Notes under the pieces: generated by a model | Database searches by the model: none | Told to the model about the DNA's origin: nothing | What the model saw: only the letters and a program-made list of their open reading frames with translations | Position numbers and translations under genes: made by a program | Part shown: one piece after another, positions 14,866-27,308 of the stretch | Layout: each line of letters starts with the position of its first letter | How positions within the stretch are numbered: position 1 is the first letter of the stretch | Assembly (NCBI GenBank): GCA_050613775.1 | Contig: JBODTK010000135.1 | Span: 186,001 to 250,000 of the forward strand | Direction: 5' to 3' | DNA: 64,000 nucleotides | Source of the DNA: Neocallimastix sp. 'constans' | Taxonomy: Eukaryota

Positions 14866-17800
14866 TTACATTGCTCTTCTTTCTTCTTCTGTTTCTAATG
14901 GTTCTGATAATTCTGGATTTCTTTTTGTATATGGCTCAAGCTGAGAGATATGAAATACCGGATGGAGATGGAGGTTTTCCGGTAACTCCAAACGGTAGTT
15001 CATTCTTTGCCCTTTCTCAATGATTTTAAATGGACCGAGATATTGAGAAGCTAATTTTTTCGCGGGTTCGTTGGTAAAGTAGTATCTTCTTAACCATACT
15101 AAGTCATTAACATTGAAATTTGGGCCTTCAGCTTTTCCAACATCCGCATATTTTTTGTAGTCTTCTTTTGCCTTTATAAGGTGTTTCTTGAGAGATTCGA
15201 AATGTGAAGACCAATCCCTAGTTAAGCATGAAGCATTATCCTTTAAAAGAATAGGAGGTGAATCTATAAAACAATTGGGATGGAAGCCGTAGTTTGCATA
15301 AAAAGGCGACATACCAATGGAACTATGTAGAGAATTATTATAAGCAAACTCACATAAAGGTAGATAATAACACCAGTCACTTTGAGCAGTAGAACAATAA
15401 CAACGAAGATATTGTTCAATAACAGCATTCGCTCGCTCTACTTGACCATTAGATTGTTGGTGGTGAGCAGTAGCTAATCTGGGCTTTATCTGAAGGGCAT
15501 AACACAAGGAGGTCCAAAATTCCGAAGAAAACTGTGAGCCATGATCCGAAATAATGGTTTTAGGAAATCCATGAAATTTGAACACATTGAGAAGAAGGAG
15601 CTTTGCAGTTTGATCAGCAGAAGGAACATCAGAGCAAGGGACTAAATGGACCATTTTAGTTAAGTGGTCCGATACTACCATGATACAAGTACAATCTCTT
15701 GAAGTAGGGAGGTAAACAATATAATCGACACCTATAACTTCCCAGGGTTTTGTAGGAATAGGGAGTGGCTGTAACTTGCCATACGGTTTATGTCTTCTTA
15801 TCTTGTTTCTTCCACATACTTCGCATGAATGAACGTAATTAATAACATCCTTTTTCATATTAGGCCACCAGTAGTACCTTCTAAGTTTTTCGAGGGTCCT
15901 ATCTACCCCCTGATGGCCACTAGTTGGAGTATCATGAAAGGATTTTAGGAGTCTAGCCTTGAGTGATGCTGGCACAATTATTCTATTTTGGAAATGTAGG
16001 ATACCTTTAATGAGGCTGAATATGGAGCTTTTAACTTTACCAGATTTTTCTTGGATCTTTCTTATCGTATCTTGACAAAATTTATCAGACAACTGGGACT
16101 CTTTTAAGCTATTGATATTTCTGTCGATTGTACAGCAGAATACATCATCATTGATGATAGATGAGCCCTCTAAGGAGTTATTCTTCTTATAGTCCGGTCT
16201 TCTTGACAAGGAATCCGGTTTACCAGAACTAACTCCCGGTCTATAAGCAATTCTAAAGTCAAATTTAGATAAGAAGAGGCTCCAACGAATTTGCCTCTGA
16301 TTAAGATGTTGAGGTTTCTTCATATAAAGTAGGTTCCTATGGTCTGTAAGAATTTGAACTGGATATTTGGCACCTTCAAGATGATGCCTCCATACGTCAA
16401 ATGCTGTAATAATGGCTAGAAGTTCTTTGTCGTAAATTGTATAATTAACTTCAGCCTTATTCATAGAGCGAGAGTAAAATGCTACAGGATGTAATAAATT
16501 ATCCTTAGGGCTAACTTGGGAAAGAATGCAGCCAACAGCAAAATCACTGGCATCTGTTTCTACTACAAATTCTTTCTCTGGATCGGGAAAGATAAGTACT
16601 TCATTGTTGAGGAAAGCATTTTTAAGTTTATTAAATGCATTATTTGCTTCCTCGTTCCATAAGTAATCAGCATTCTTTTTTAAAAGTTTCCGCAAAGGTT
16701 CAATGATTTCAGCAAAGTTTTTTATAAATTTTCTGTAGTAATTCCCTAAACCAAGAAAACTTTGGAGTTCTTTGATGTTTTTGGGTATGGGCCATTCCAA
16801 AATTGATTTTAATTTATCCTTATCCATAGTGAGTCCATGTATAGAAACCGTAAAACCTAAGAATGAAGTTTCAAATACGTGAAATTCACATTTTTCTAAT
16901 TTCACGAATAAGCCATTTTTTATTAGTAGAGTAAGAACATGACGAACATGCTTAATGTGAGTATCAAAGTCAGGAGAAAAGATAATTATATCATCCAAAT
17001 ATGCCTGAACAAAGGATCCAGTGATTTCTGACAATGTATCTTGTATGAATCTTTGAAAAACTGAAGGAGCATTACGTAAGCCGAAAGGCATTACAAGATA
17101 CTCGAAATGACCTATTGGAGTACGGAAGGCTGTAAGATACTCATGTCCTTCCTTTATTCTGACAAGATTATACGCAGACCTTAAGTCAAGTCTGGTAAAA
17201 ATCTTTGATCCTTTAAATACTTCCATTAAATCGTTAATCCTTGGCAGTGGGTAACTATTACGGATTGTAATAGCATTCAGACGGCGATAATCCACGCATA
17301 ACCTGAGAGAACCATCGTGTTTTCTAACAAACAATATTGGAGCACCAGCTGGGGATTTTGATTTTCGAATGAAGCCTTTAGCTAAATTTTCTTCGATATA
17401 TTCTTTCAAGGCTTTCATTTCTACCGTAGTTAAAGGATATATTGGTCCAAAGAATAATTGTCCTCCAGGGATCAAGTCGATTGTTATGTCATAGCTCCGG
17501 TGGGGAGGTAATTTATCAGCTTCTTCTTTTTTAAAGACTTTCACTAGATCTGAATAGTATTTTTGAATGATTTCTTTAGTACTAAGTTTCTTATTATTGA
17601 GAATTTTATCTTTATTTCTAAGTTCCATATTATTGAGAATTTTATTTTTATTTCTAAGTTTCTTATTATTGAGAATTTTATTTTTATTTCTAAGTTTCTT
17701 ATTATTGAGAATTTTATTTTTATTTCTAAGTTTCTTATTATTGAGAATTTTATTTTTATTTTTAAGTTCATTTTTGTTATTACTTTTATCAGTTTTGACT

Positions 17801-19149
17801 TGTTCTTGACTTTCAACAATTACACAACATATATCCTCATCATATAGTTCATCTTCAGAAATAAATGAAGGTATAATTGAGTCATGGCCACATTGTGAGG
17901 ATTCTTCTAGCATAGGTGCTGTTATATTATTAGAACGGAATATAAATTTATTTCCTTTACAGGAATGACAATGTTGTCCACAGTTACTTTCCAAGAAATA
18001 GATTTTATTGGATTTAAAGTTGATATAGGGATTATGAATCGAGAGCCAATCCCTTCCTAAAATACCACCTATACCTTGAAGTTGTAGATTACCAACGTAG
18101 AATTCATAGGTTTCAATATGGTCCATTATTTTCAGTTTTAAAGGCTTCGTAGATTGTTTAATTACCATACTTTTACTATTGGGCAATTGGATACTAATAG
18201 GAGAAGAAAGGCCTGAGATTGGAATTTTATTAGCTGAAATAAAGTCCTTGCAAATAAAGCTTTTGGCAGAGCCTGAATCAATTAGTAAATTAATTTTGAA
18301 AGACTTTGAGTTGGTAGATATAACAAAGGTAGTTGTCATAGAATTGGAACTATTTGGTGTATAATTAGCAGAGAGTATTTCTTTTTTGAACTTGTTCTTC
18401 CTATGATGTAAATTTCTCGACTTAGTACTGCTTTTATTGAATTCATATTTCTTTCTATTAAATGACTTTGTTTTGTGGTTTCTAAAATGACAGGAATTGC
18501 GAATTTTGGTCTCCAAGTAGCATTTTTTGTCTATGTCAATAATAACATTTGTAGCTTCAAATAGTGTTTTTGGCTTCTTTATTTTATCATATTCTTCACG
18601 TACTTCATCCAGTAGACCTTTTCCAATTATGTCGATGAAAACTTCATCTGGCCATTTAAGCCTTGCTGCTAATCTTCGGAACTCTATCGTGAATTCAGCA
18701 ACCTTTCCAAGTTGTTCTTGCTTCAAATCCCATAACTGCTTCATCAGCATGTACTTCTGCTTCTTCTCATCACCCGAGTCAAAATTCTTGAGTAGTAACT
18801 TCTTAAATTTTTGGTAGCTCAGAGTTTTCAGTGTACCATCAACTAATAGAGAGAGACCCCATCTTCTAGGTAGACCATTTAATTTATTTATTACGTATGT
18901 ATTTTTGTTTTCATCGCTTTGAAATGAATTTGGATGATCGATGAAAAAACTCTCACTTTGTATTAAAACTTCTTGAATATTCGGCTTTATATTTGTTTCT
19001 CCTTCTTTGGTAAGAACTCCATTTGGGGAGAAGAATGTAGGAATAAAATCGGTTATTGCTGATATAAATTTCGAAGCATCGATATTATTGGGATTGATTA
19101 TTGGAATTTGAAAATTATTTTTTGTACTTGTTGCTTCTTCACTTTCCAT
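14866..19149 (-). CDS. Gag-Pol polyprotein of element B (single ORF, no chromodomain)
   Basis: 1427 aa: gag, LIDSGS, YLDD, ETDAS, HHCC, DDE and GPY/F motifs. Confidence 0.95.
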   Translation of the reverse strand: MESEEATSTKNNFQIPIINPNNIDASKFISAITDFIPTFFSPNGVLTKEGETNIKPNIQEVLIQSESFFIDHPNSFQSDENKNTYVINKLNGLPRRWGLSLLVDGTLKTLSYQKFKKLLLKNFDSGDEKKQKYMLMKQLWDLKQEQLGKVAEFTIEFRRLAARLKWPDEVFIDIIGKGLLDEVREEYDKIKKPKTLFEATNVIIDIDKKCYLETKIRNSCHFRNHKTKSFNRKKYEFNKSSTKSRNLHHRKNKFKKEILSANYTPNSSNSMTTTFVISTNSKSFKINLLIDSGSAKSFICKDFISANKIPISGLSSPISIQLPNSKSMVIKQSTKPLKLKIMDHIETYEFYVGNLQLQGIGGILGRDWLSIHNPYINFKSNKIYFLESNCGQHCHSCKGNKFIFRSNNITAPMLEESSQCGHDSIIPSFISEDELYDEDICCVIVESQEQVKTDKSNNKNELKNKNKILNNKKLRNKNKILNNKKLRNKNKILNNKKLRNKNKILNNMELRNKDKILNNKKLSTKEIIQKYYSDLVKVFKKEEADKLPPHRSYDITIDLIPGGQLFFGPIYPLTTVEMKALKEYIEENLAKGFIRKSKSPAGAPILFVRKHDGSLRLCVDYRRLNAITIRNSYPLPRINDLMEVFKGSKIFTRLDLRSAYNLVRIKEGHEYLTAFRTPIGHFEYLVMPFGLRNAPSVFQRFIQDTLSEITGSFVQAYLDDIIIFSPDFDTHIKHVRHVLTLLIKNGLFVKLEKCEFHVFETSFLGFTVSIHGLTMDKDKLKSILEWPIPKNIKELQSFLGLGNYYRKFIKNFAEIIEPLRKLLKKNADYLWNEEANNAFNKLKNAFLNNEVLIFPDPEKEFVVETDASDFAVGCILSQVSPKDNLLHPVAFYSRSMNKAEVNYTIYDKELLAIITAFDVWRHHLEGAKYPVQILTDHRNLLYMKKPQHLNQRQIRWSLFLSKFDFRIAYRPGVSSGKPDSLSRRPDYKKNNSLEGSSIINDDVFCCTIDRNINSLKESQLSDKFCQDTIRKIQEKSGKVKSSIFSLIKGILHFQNRIIVPASLKARLLKSFHDTPTSGHQGVDRTLEKLRRYYWWPNMKKDVINYVHSCEVCGRNKIRRHKPYGKLQPLPIPTKPWEVIGVDYIVYLPTSRDCTCIMVVSDHLTKMVHLVPCSDVPSADQTAKLLLLNVFKFHGFPKTIISDHGSQFSSEFWTSLCYALQIKPRLATAHHQQSNGQVERANAVIEQYLRCYCSTAQSDWCYYLPLCEFAYNNSLHSSIGMSPFYANYGFHPNCFIDSPPILLKDNASCLTRDWSSHFESLKKHLIKAKEDYKKYADVGKAEGPNFNVNDLVWLRRYYFTNEPAKKLASQYLGPFKIIEKGQRMNYRLELPENLHLHPVFHISQLEPYTKRNPELSEPLETEEERRAM
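17583..17770. repeat. 36-bp coding tandem repeat, about 5 copies, in the PR-RT linker
   Basis: Unit TAAGTTTCTTATTATTGAGAATTTTATTTTTATTTC encodes RNKNKILNNKKL. Confidence 0.95.
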
Positions 19150-19249
19150 ATTTAAAATTCTAATAATATAAATAGAGTATAATAGAGTAAAATAAAAAGA
19201 AAATAAAGATAAGTGTAGTATAAAAGTATTTTATTTATTTATTTATTTA

Positions 19250-19281
<32 letters not shown>

Positions 19282-19422
19282 TTTATTTTTTAATTATTTT
19301 TTTTTTTTTTCCACTAACTAAAAATATATTTATTTATTTAATATAATTTTCTTCACTAACTAAATATATATTTATTTATTTAATATAATTTTCTTCACTA
19401 ACTAAAATTATATTTATTTAAT

Positions 19423-19484
<62 letters not shown>

Positions 19485-21895
19485 AACTAAAATTATATTT
19501 AATAAAAAAATTTTTTTTTTTTTTTCACTAGAATAAATTTATTTATTTAATATATATCCCTTCCAATAATTAATACTATAAAATTAATCAATTTATTATT
19601 ATTTCTTCCATTTACTATTATATTAGATCTTCCAATCAATTATACTGATTTTAATTAAATTTTTTTTTTTTTTTTTTTTTTGATCTTATTATAATATATT
19701 ATACTAATACTATTTAATTATTAAATTAGAAGAGTTATTATTGTAATAGCTATACTAAAACTAAAATTAATTAATATAACTATTATCTACAATTTTAATA
19801 TTATTTTTACATAATATTAAAATTGAGAAAATAAAATTAAAAAAAAAATAAAAATTATACTTAATTTTACAGAGTTTATTATAAGTAAATATAACAAACA
19901 ATAACCAAGCAACGGCAGAATAGTAGTTGAAAATATTCTTTAAAAAAAAAACCTTTTATGATTAATAACAGTTTTTTTTTGATATATAAATAAAAAAAAT
20001 TTATTTTATTTGTTATTATTTATTATATTTTCTTAAAATAATAACTCTTGATTTCTCAAAGAGAATTCAAGAGTCCTATTTATATTTTTTAAAAAATTAA
20101 TCGGTTAAATAAATTTGTTTTCTAATCTTAACAAAAAATCTATTTAGGAAAAGATTAGAAGAAAAACCTAAATAGTTTTTCGATCAATATTCTAATCATA
20201 TTGATCATCGTATAATTAAAGAAAACCTATTTGTTAGGAAAAACATTAATTACCGATTTTCTAATTAATTATAAAATATTAAATATTGATAGGATAGGAA
20301 TTAATGAAAAAAAAGATTTTTTTTTTTTTTTTTTTTTTTGCATTTAAAAAATAAAGATTAAATAATATGATAGATTAGATACATTTATAGTTTATAATAC
20401 ATTATAAAATACATAATTCATTTTAATTAAAATAAATAATATTTTTATGGTAAAATATTAAATACAAATTTACATAATTTTTTGTAAAAATTCTATTTAA
20501 ATGAATAATAATAATAAGTAAATAAATTTTATATTATTTATATAAATGTATAAATTATAATATGTAAATAAATTTAGATCAATATATGAAAATATAACTA
20601 TTAAATAAATTTATAAGTTAAAATCAATGAATATATTAATTATTATTTAAATAAATATTTTTTTAAAAATAATTATTATTTTATAAATAATTATAAATTA
20701 TTAATTATTTTTCATTAATTATAAGAAATATTAATTATTCATTATTGAATAATTATGATTTCTTACATCTTCAGTTAGTAAAATTAGAACTTTGGTTCAA
20801 TGGTTAGTTACATTGACCATGACCAATACTTCATGGGTTCGTTATGGCTCGAGGAATTCAAAAAAAAAAAAAATTATATAATATTAAAACACAAAAAAAA
20901 ATTTTATTCTTTCACAATAATTTTTATTTATTTATTATATTTTTATTTTAATTTTTATTTTATTTTTATTATTATTTTTATTTATTTATTTTATTTTTAT
21001 TTTATTTTTATTATTATTTTTATTTATTTATTTTATTTTTATTTTATTTTTATTATTATTTTTATTTATTTTTATTTATTTTTTTTTTTATTTATTTATT
21101 TTTATTATTTCTATTTTTTTTTTTCTTTTTTTTCTCTCCCCCCTAAAAAGGGGTTCCAAGGTAGTCAATTTATATCTTTTTGAAGATATAAAAGTAGCAA
21201 AGCCTCTGGAAGTAGTTGAAGAGATGGAAAAACAATAGATTTTTAAATCTTATTGATTATTTCCTTATTGTAATAAATAGAAATTTTATTATTTCCTAAT
21301 ATTCAAATTATCCAAAATAAATCTATAATATAAAAGATGCATTATAGATAAGAATTAAACAAAAAAAAAGAGAAGCAGTATTACAATAAAATTGATTACT
21401 TTAACTTAATTTTGATACTAATTTAATATGTAATCTTATATATTAATTTGAATGACATAATAGAAAATAAAATACATTTATTAATATATGAAAAATCTTT
21501 TACAATTTTAAATACAGAAAATTTTATTTTATTTATTTCTTTCATTTCAATTATTTATTAATTCGAAAGACAGAAATATTGATAAAGTTATTTAAGTTGT
21601 TTATATACAGGAATTATTCCTTATTTAGAAAAATAATACTAAAAGTAATTAGTACTATGTTATTGCTAAACTCTCATAAATTTAATTTACCTTTATAAGG
21701 AATGAACATAAATTTAAATTAAATTTTATGTATAAACTTAAATTTTCAGATCAAATAATATAGTAAAATTATTAATGTAAAGAATACATAAATTTATTAA
21801 TATTTTAAAAATCACCTTGACTATATTAAAAGGTTTTTAATAAGAATCAATTTATTACTTCATTCTTTATCACGATGCCCCCGCTAAGACTCAAG

Positions 21896-24800
21896 CTATA
21901 TTGTAGCTGAGTTATATTTTACTATATTTTTGAGGTGTACATTCCGATTTAATAATATTCCTGAATTTGGATCAGCTAACGTAACTGTATTAAACTTTTT
22001 CTTGATTACTTTTAAAGGTCCATTAAAATAAGGTTCTAGTTTAGTTCTACTAAAGTTTCTAACTAGGACTAAATCTCCCTCCTTGATTTCCTTAGCCTGA
22101 TTCATACTTTGTTTTTCTTCTCGTCTAACAGCCCAATATTTATTTGCATTTTTCACATTTTCTGATGCTTCTATGGTCCATCTATAATGAGATATAAACT
22201 TTTCCAATAGAATTTCATCAGAAGATTTATTTATACCTTTAGTCGGTCTTGCAGCTATATCAAAAGGTTGTTGGTCTTCACGACCATAAACTAATTCAAA
22301 ACTAGAATGGTTAGTAGTACTATTTTTAACAGTTCTTAAAGCCCAGAGAGCAGAGGGTAATACCTCATCCCAATCTTTATTTTTCGTCCCAAGCAATCTA
22401 AGGAGTTTACCAATTTCTTTATTACGATTTTCCGTAAGTCCATTAGATTCGGGATGATATGTTGTAACAAATTTTATATATACATCATATAGATCTAAAA
22501 ATATTTTAGTCATATCTGATGTAAATTGGGCACCATTATCGGTGGTAATTATTTGGGGAACTCCATGACGAGAAAATACGTTAATAAGGAACTTAATTAC
22601 GTCTTTAGAAGTGATATTTTCAGTCGGTTCTGCTTCTACCCACTTAGTGAAATAATCAACAGCTACTATTATATATTGATTATTACTTCTAGTTTTAACC
22701 AGTGGACCGATAATGTCCAAACCAAGATGTACAAAAGGTCCTTCCACTTTAGTAGGTAGATTTTCTGTAGGCTCTGGATAAGGTTGTGGTCGATTTAATT
22801 GACATTTTTCACACTTACTGACAACACGTTTAACATCATTCACCATGTCGTTCCAATAATAACTCTTACGTAAACGTTGATAAGTCTTATAATAACCATC
22901 GTGTCCAATATTATGAGCCTCTAATATTAATTTTATTCTTTCATTAAGATCGGTTACTAATTTTCTATAATTGTTACCATCAATAAAGTAGTCAATACCA
23001 TCAATAGTGGTGAATTTTTCATTGATAAAATCATGTATTACTTTGGATAATAAGGCTTCATTTTCATCATTCGTAATATCATGGTTAATTATTTTCGTAG
23101 CTAAAACTACATTTTCTTTATTATTTTTCATTCGGGATAGGGCATCAGCAAGCACATTCTTTTTACCGGTTTCATATCTAATGTCTACACCAAGCATACT
23201 AGCTGTCAAACACCATCTAGTTTGCCTTGCATTATGTGGTTCCTTATTTTTGAACAACCCTAGTAACGGTTTATGGTCCGTATATACAATAGTTGGTATT
23301 GGATTTCCATCTATATACGGTTTTAATTTAGTTATACAATAATATAGGGCAGCACCTTCTAGGTCCGTTATACCATAATGCTTTTCTGCTCTGGTCAAAC
23401 TTCTACTAATAAAGTGAATAGGGTGTTCTTTTCCAGTTTCATTATCTTTTTGTAATAACACACCTCCTATTCCATCATAAGAAGCATCGGTACGTATAAT
23501 AAATTCTTTATCAAACTGAGGGAAACTTAATATGGGTGCATTTATTAGTTTTTCTTTCAGTACTTCAAACGATTTTTGGTGTTCACTAGTCCAAACATAC
23601 TTCACACCTTTCCTTAATAATTTACACAAACACGCAGTAATTTGTGAATATTTATCGATGAAATTTCTATAGTATCCAACAGCTCCTAAAAATGAACGTA
23701 ATTCATGGATGTCCTGAGGGGGTTTCCAATCTCTGATAACCTCGATTTTACTATCAAGAGGTTTTAAGCCTTTAGTGGTTAATCTATGCCCCAAAACATT
23801 CACTTCTGTTTTCATGAAGTGACACTTTTCAATATTAAGTTTTAATCTATTTTCTTTGAGTATGGATAAAACTTGTTGAATATGTTGGAGGTGTTCTTCA
23901 ACTGTTTTAGAGTATATAAGTATATCATCGATAAAATTATAAACACACTTTCCTATTAAAGGAAATAGGATTCTATTCATTTCTCTTTGAAAGGTTGCAG
24001 GAGCGTTGGTTAAACCAAATGGCATAACTTTAAATTGGTAGTTACCAAACTTAGTGGTGAAAGTTGTTATACCAATACTTTCTTCCTCCATTAAAATTTG
24101 GTGATATCCAGAGTATAAGTCAATGGTAGTGAAGATAGTTGCACCATTGAGACTATCAAAAATTTCATCAATGTATGGTATAGAATAAGAATCCTTTATA
24201 GTAGAATCATTAACCTTCCTATAATCTACACACATACGCCATTTCCCATTAGGCTTTGGTACTAGAACAATAGGCGAAGACCATTCAGAATTTGAAGGCT
24301 CAATTAACTTTTTATTAATTAACTTAGTTAATTCTTCCTTTAAAATATCTGTCTTTAATTTTGTTAGCCGATAAGCTCTTTGTTTTATAGGTTTGGTACC
24401 AGCTTTTAGATTTATTTTGTGTGGTGAAAGCAATGATGGTGTTAATTCCTCAGACGACGTAGCAACAATTTCTATATTGTCCTCTAATAGGTGTATTATA
24501 TCAGTTCTATATTTTTCATTTAAAGTATTCATAAATATTGTATTATGTATACATTCCATAGGTGGTAATCCTTCTAATTTCTTTAATTCCCCACCAGCAT
24601 ATTTTTCCTTACTATTATCCTCAAGTAATTTGTTAACACTACAAATATATTTTTCGTCAATTGCAGAATTATTTATTGGTGTAATAGAACTGATAGTACC
24701 ATCCATGTTATATTTACATAAGCAATTATTTAAGGGATTAATAAATAATCTATTATCAACTATAGTTTTTAAATTAATTAGCATGTCATAAAATGGTTCC

Positions 24801-26104
24801 TCTTTTTCTACAATTCGGAAATCAATTAACAATGAAAGCTCATTAATTTTCACAGGTATCCTAACGACTATTCCTTCAGAGTATTCATCGTCTCTAGTGG
24901 CAAGCATTATTCTACCACAACTATGACCAACAACGGTATATTGGTATGGTAGAGAATTATAATATTTTTGTGACATAATATTTAAATTACTACACGTATC
25001 AATAAGTAATTTTCCAGATACACCATCAACAGAGGCATCTACCATTGCAATATCCTCTTCTGTTATTTCTGTACTTTTACTTTTATAGTTATGATCAACA
25101 TTATTAACTAATGTTGTAGTAGCAACTACATTATTAATAGCGCCAACAACATTAGTGGTTGCTTTTACTAGTTTTAAACCTTGGGAAACTTGACTTCTTA
25201 TTTTAGGCGCAGCATTCCAAAGCTGTCCAAAGGTAATATTACACTTGGTATTGCTTAAATCATCCCATACATCATATTCCTTATAATTAGAAAGCATTTT
25301 AATAATTCGATTTACCCGAGGTATTTTCATACTATTATTATTATCATTATTATTATTATTATTAATACCATCTGTATTAATTAATTTATTTAATATATTT
25401 TTATTATTCGTTACATGATTATTATCGATAATAGTTTCATTATTATTAATATTAATAGTATTATTATTATTAATATCATTTACGACTGGGGTTTTTCTAA
25501 TAGTTCCGTTGTTACTATTATTAGGATTACTAGTATTATTATTATTATTTTTGTCTTTTTTTCTTTCTCTAGTTTGGTTAATTTCCCTTGGAGCTTCTAC
25601 ATTATCAACTTTTGAAGTTATTTCCTCTTTATTAGTAATTAAGTTTACATTAGACTGACTGGATGATGCAGTTTCGAATTCTTTAGAATTAGTACTAGAT
25701 TTCAAAAATCTTTCTTTATCACGTATTGCTTTTTCAATTTTCTTTTCTTTATTGATATTTGGTTGCATAATTATTGATGTTTGCAACTGTTTCTTATGAG
25801 GTATCACCTCTTTAGTTTCCAATTCTCTTTCTTTTCTTTTTCTTAATGCAGGAGTGTTTATAGGTCGTGGATTATCACGTAGGCTTTTATGAATTTTCCT
25901 TCCTTTTCCATTATCTAACTCAACATCACTTTCATCAAGTTTTCTTTTTGCCGCACCGACAAAATATTCTCCTACCTGATCATGACTTTTGATATTATAA
26001 TCCACTCTGTAATCTTTACTTTCTGCATCAGAAGAATTGGAAGTATATTTTAATGAAGCTATTTTTTTGATGGGAGTGCTTCCTCTCCCTTCTACTGGTT
26101 TAAA
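21896..26104 (-). CDS. pol: Pol of element C (via -1 frameshift)
   Basis: LIDTCS, FIDD, TDAS, HHCC and DDE motifs. Confidence 0.93.
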   Translation of the reverse strand, partial: FKPVEGRGSTPIKKIASLKYTSNSSDAESKDYRVDYNIKSHDQVGEYFVGAAKRKLDESDVELDNGKGRKIHKSLRDNPRPINTPALRKRKERELETKEVIPHKKQLQTSIIMQPNINKEKKIEKAIRDKERFLKSSTNSKEFETASSSQSNVNLITNKEEITSKVDNVEAPREINQTRERKKDKNNNNNTSNPNNSNNGTIRKTPVVNDINNNNTININNNETIIDNNHVTNNKNILNKLINTDGINNNNNNDNNNSMKIPRVNRIIKMLSNYKEYDVWDDLSNTKCNITFGQLWNAAPKIRSQVSQGLKLVKATTNVVGAINNVVATTTLVNNVDHNYKSKSTEITEEDIAMVDASVDGVSGKLLIDTCSNLNIMSQKYYNSLPYQYTVVGHSCGRIMLATRDDEYSEGIVVRIPVKINELSLLIDFRIVEKEEPFYDMLINLKTIVDNRLFINPLNNCLCKYNMDGTISSITPINNSAIDEKYICSVNKLLEDNSKEKYAGGELKKLEGLPPMECIHNTIFMNTLNEKYRTDIIHLLEDNIEIVATSSEELTPSLLSPHKINLKAGTKPIKQRAYRLTKLKTDILKEELTKLINKKLIEPSNSEWSSPIVLVPKPNGKWRMCVDYRKVNDSTIKDSYSIPYIDEIFDSLNGATIFTTIDLYSGYHQILMEEESIGITTFTTKFGNYQFKVMPFGLTNAPATFQREMNRILFPLIGKCVYNFIDDILIYSKTVEEHLQHIQQVLSILKENRLKLNIEKCHFMKTEVNVLGHRLTTKGLKPLDSKIEVIRDWKPPQDIHELRSFLGAVGYYRNFIDKYSQITACLCKLLRKGVKYVWTSEHQKSFEVLKEKLINAPILSFPQFDKEFIIRTDASYDGIGGVLLQKDNETGKEHPIHFISRSLTRAEKHYGITDLEGAALYYCITKLKPYIDGNPIPTIVYTDHKPLLGLFKNKEPHNARQTRWCLTASMLGVDIRYETGKKNVLADALSRMKNNKENVVLATKIINHDITNDENEALLSKVIHDFINEKFTTIDGIDYFIDGNNYRKLVTDLNERIKLILEAHNIGHDGYYKTYQRLRKSYYWNDMVNDVKRVVSKCEKCQLNRPQPYPEPTENLPTKVEGPFVHLGLDIIGPLVKTRSNNQYIIVAVDYFTKWVEAEPTENITSKDVIKFLINVFSRHGVPQIITTDNGAQFTSDMTKIFLDLYDVYIKFVTTYHPESNGLTENRNKEIGKLLRLLGTKNKDWDEVLPSALWALRTVKNSTTNHSSFELVYGREDQQPFDIAARPTKGINKSSDEILLEKFISHYRWTIEASENVKNANKYWAVRREEKQSMNQAKEIKEGDLVLVRNFSRTKLEPYFNGPLKVIKKKFNTVTLADPNSGILLNRNVHLKNIVKYNSATI

Positions 26105-27049
26105 GGTCCTTTGGAAAAAATCTGTTTCTTATTTTCTTCTATAATGGCTTGTAGTTTGGGACAATGTTGTTGATAATGTCCAGGTTCCTTACAGAAGAAA
26201 CAGGTTTTGATGGTAGAGTTTCTTGGTCCACGTGTAAGGTTCTCCCTTTCACTTTCATCAGAAACTTTTCTATTGTCCCTGTTTTCATAAGTATTTCTTG
26301 GTGGTGAACTACGACTCTTATTATAATTATTATTATTATTGTTGGAAACATTTCTATTAGGACTTGGTACACGATGTAACCTCACAGCAAGTCTATCCAC
26401 TTTTTCTGCAATTTCATAAGCCTTTGAAAGTGGTATATCATCAATTAAAGTTACTCTTCCAGGCCTCAATATTATTCTCAAGTGCATCAGCATAGTCCAA
26501 GATACTGATTTGTTTTTTGTGAGTTTTATCTAATTTTAAATATAATGTCCGATATCTTTTATTAAAATCCCTTACTTTTTCATTTCTACCAATTTTAAGA
26601 GCACGCAATTCCCTTAATAAGGTATTCTGATCTTCCTTTGCCCCATAGAATACTTCAAGAGCGTTGACGATCTCGACAAAAGAAGGATAACGGTTAGTTC
26701 TAACACTATCATTACTAGAACTACTTGAACTAGTAGAGCTACTGGTGCTAGATCCTGACATCTCACCAGTATCAGTGGAACCATTCAATTCTACATCTTC
26801 TTCTGCTGTAGTAGCAGGTAGTTCTAATTCTTGGATAATTTGTCTTGGTTCACCAGTAGACGTTAATAGGCAAGCAACAAAAATAGTTTTTAGATCAGTG
26901 ATATTTTGTAATTGGATCCATAACTCAATTTCAGAAGCCCAAGATTTTATATCCAAATGGTCCTTGTTTAATTTATCAACATATTTTAGTTCCTTTTTAA
27001 GATCTTTAAATGAAGGAACATTAGTAGTATCATTAGTAACTGAAGCCAT
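26092..27049 (-). pseudogene. gag: Gag of element C, frameshifted near 26455
   Basis: Two ORFs that together align with element E gag; CCHC knuckle CFFCKEPGHYQQHC. Confidence 0.85.
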
Positions 27050-27107
27050 ATTTCTTGAGTAGAAATTATACAGTAATATAGGTAAAATATTCAAAATAAA
27101 AATAATA

Positions 27108-27146
<39 letters not shown>

Positions 27147-27275
27147 TTGTGTGTGTGAGTATGTTATAGATATATATAATATAGTATTAGAATTTATAAG
27201 TTTACAAACACTTCAGAGATTAGAAAAAAAAAAATAAGTAAGTTTACAAACACTTCAGAGATAAAAAAAAAAATA

Positions 27276-27308
<33 letters not shown>

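Larger units (their letters stand above)
13849..20767 (-). mobile_element. Element B: full-length Tf1/sushi-like Ty3/gypsy retrotransposon
   Basis: Near-identical LTRs 13849-14870 and 19742-20767, TSD TCTTC, polypurine tract next to the 3' LTR, self-priming site. Confidence 0.97.

Noticed and set aside
20800..21183. Hydrophobic F/Y/I-rich ORFs (also 28654, 31870, 37165, 37997) and ORFs antisense to pol
   Set aside because: Low-complexity LTR or homopolymer translations and shadow frames.
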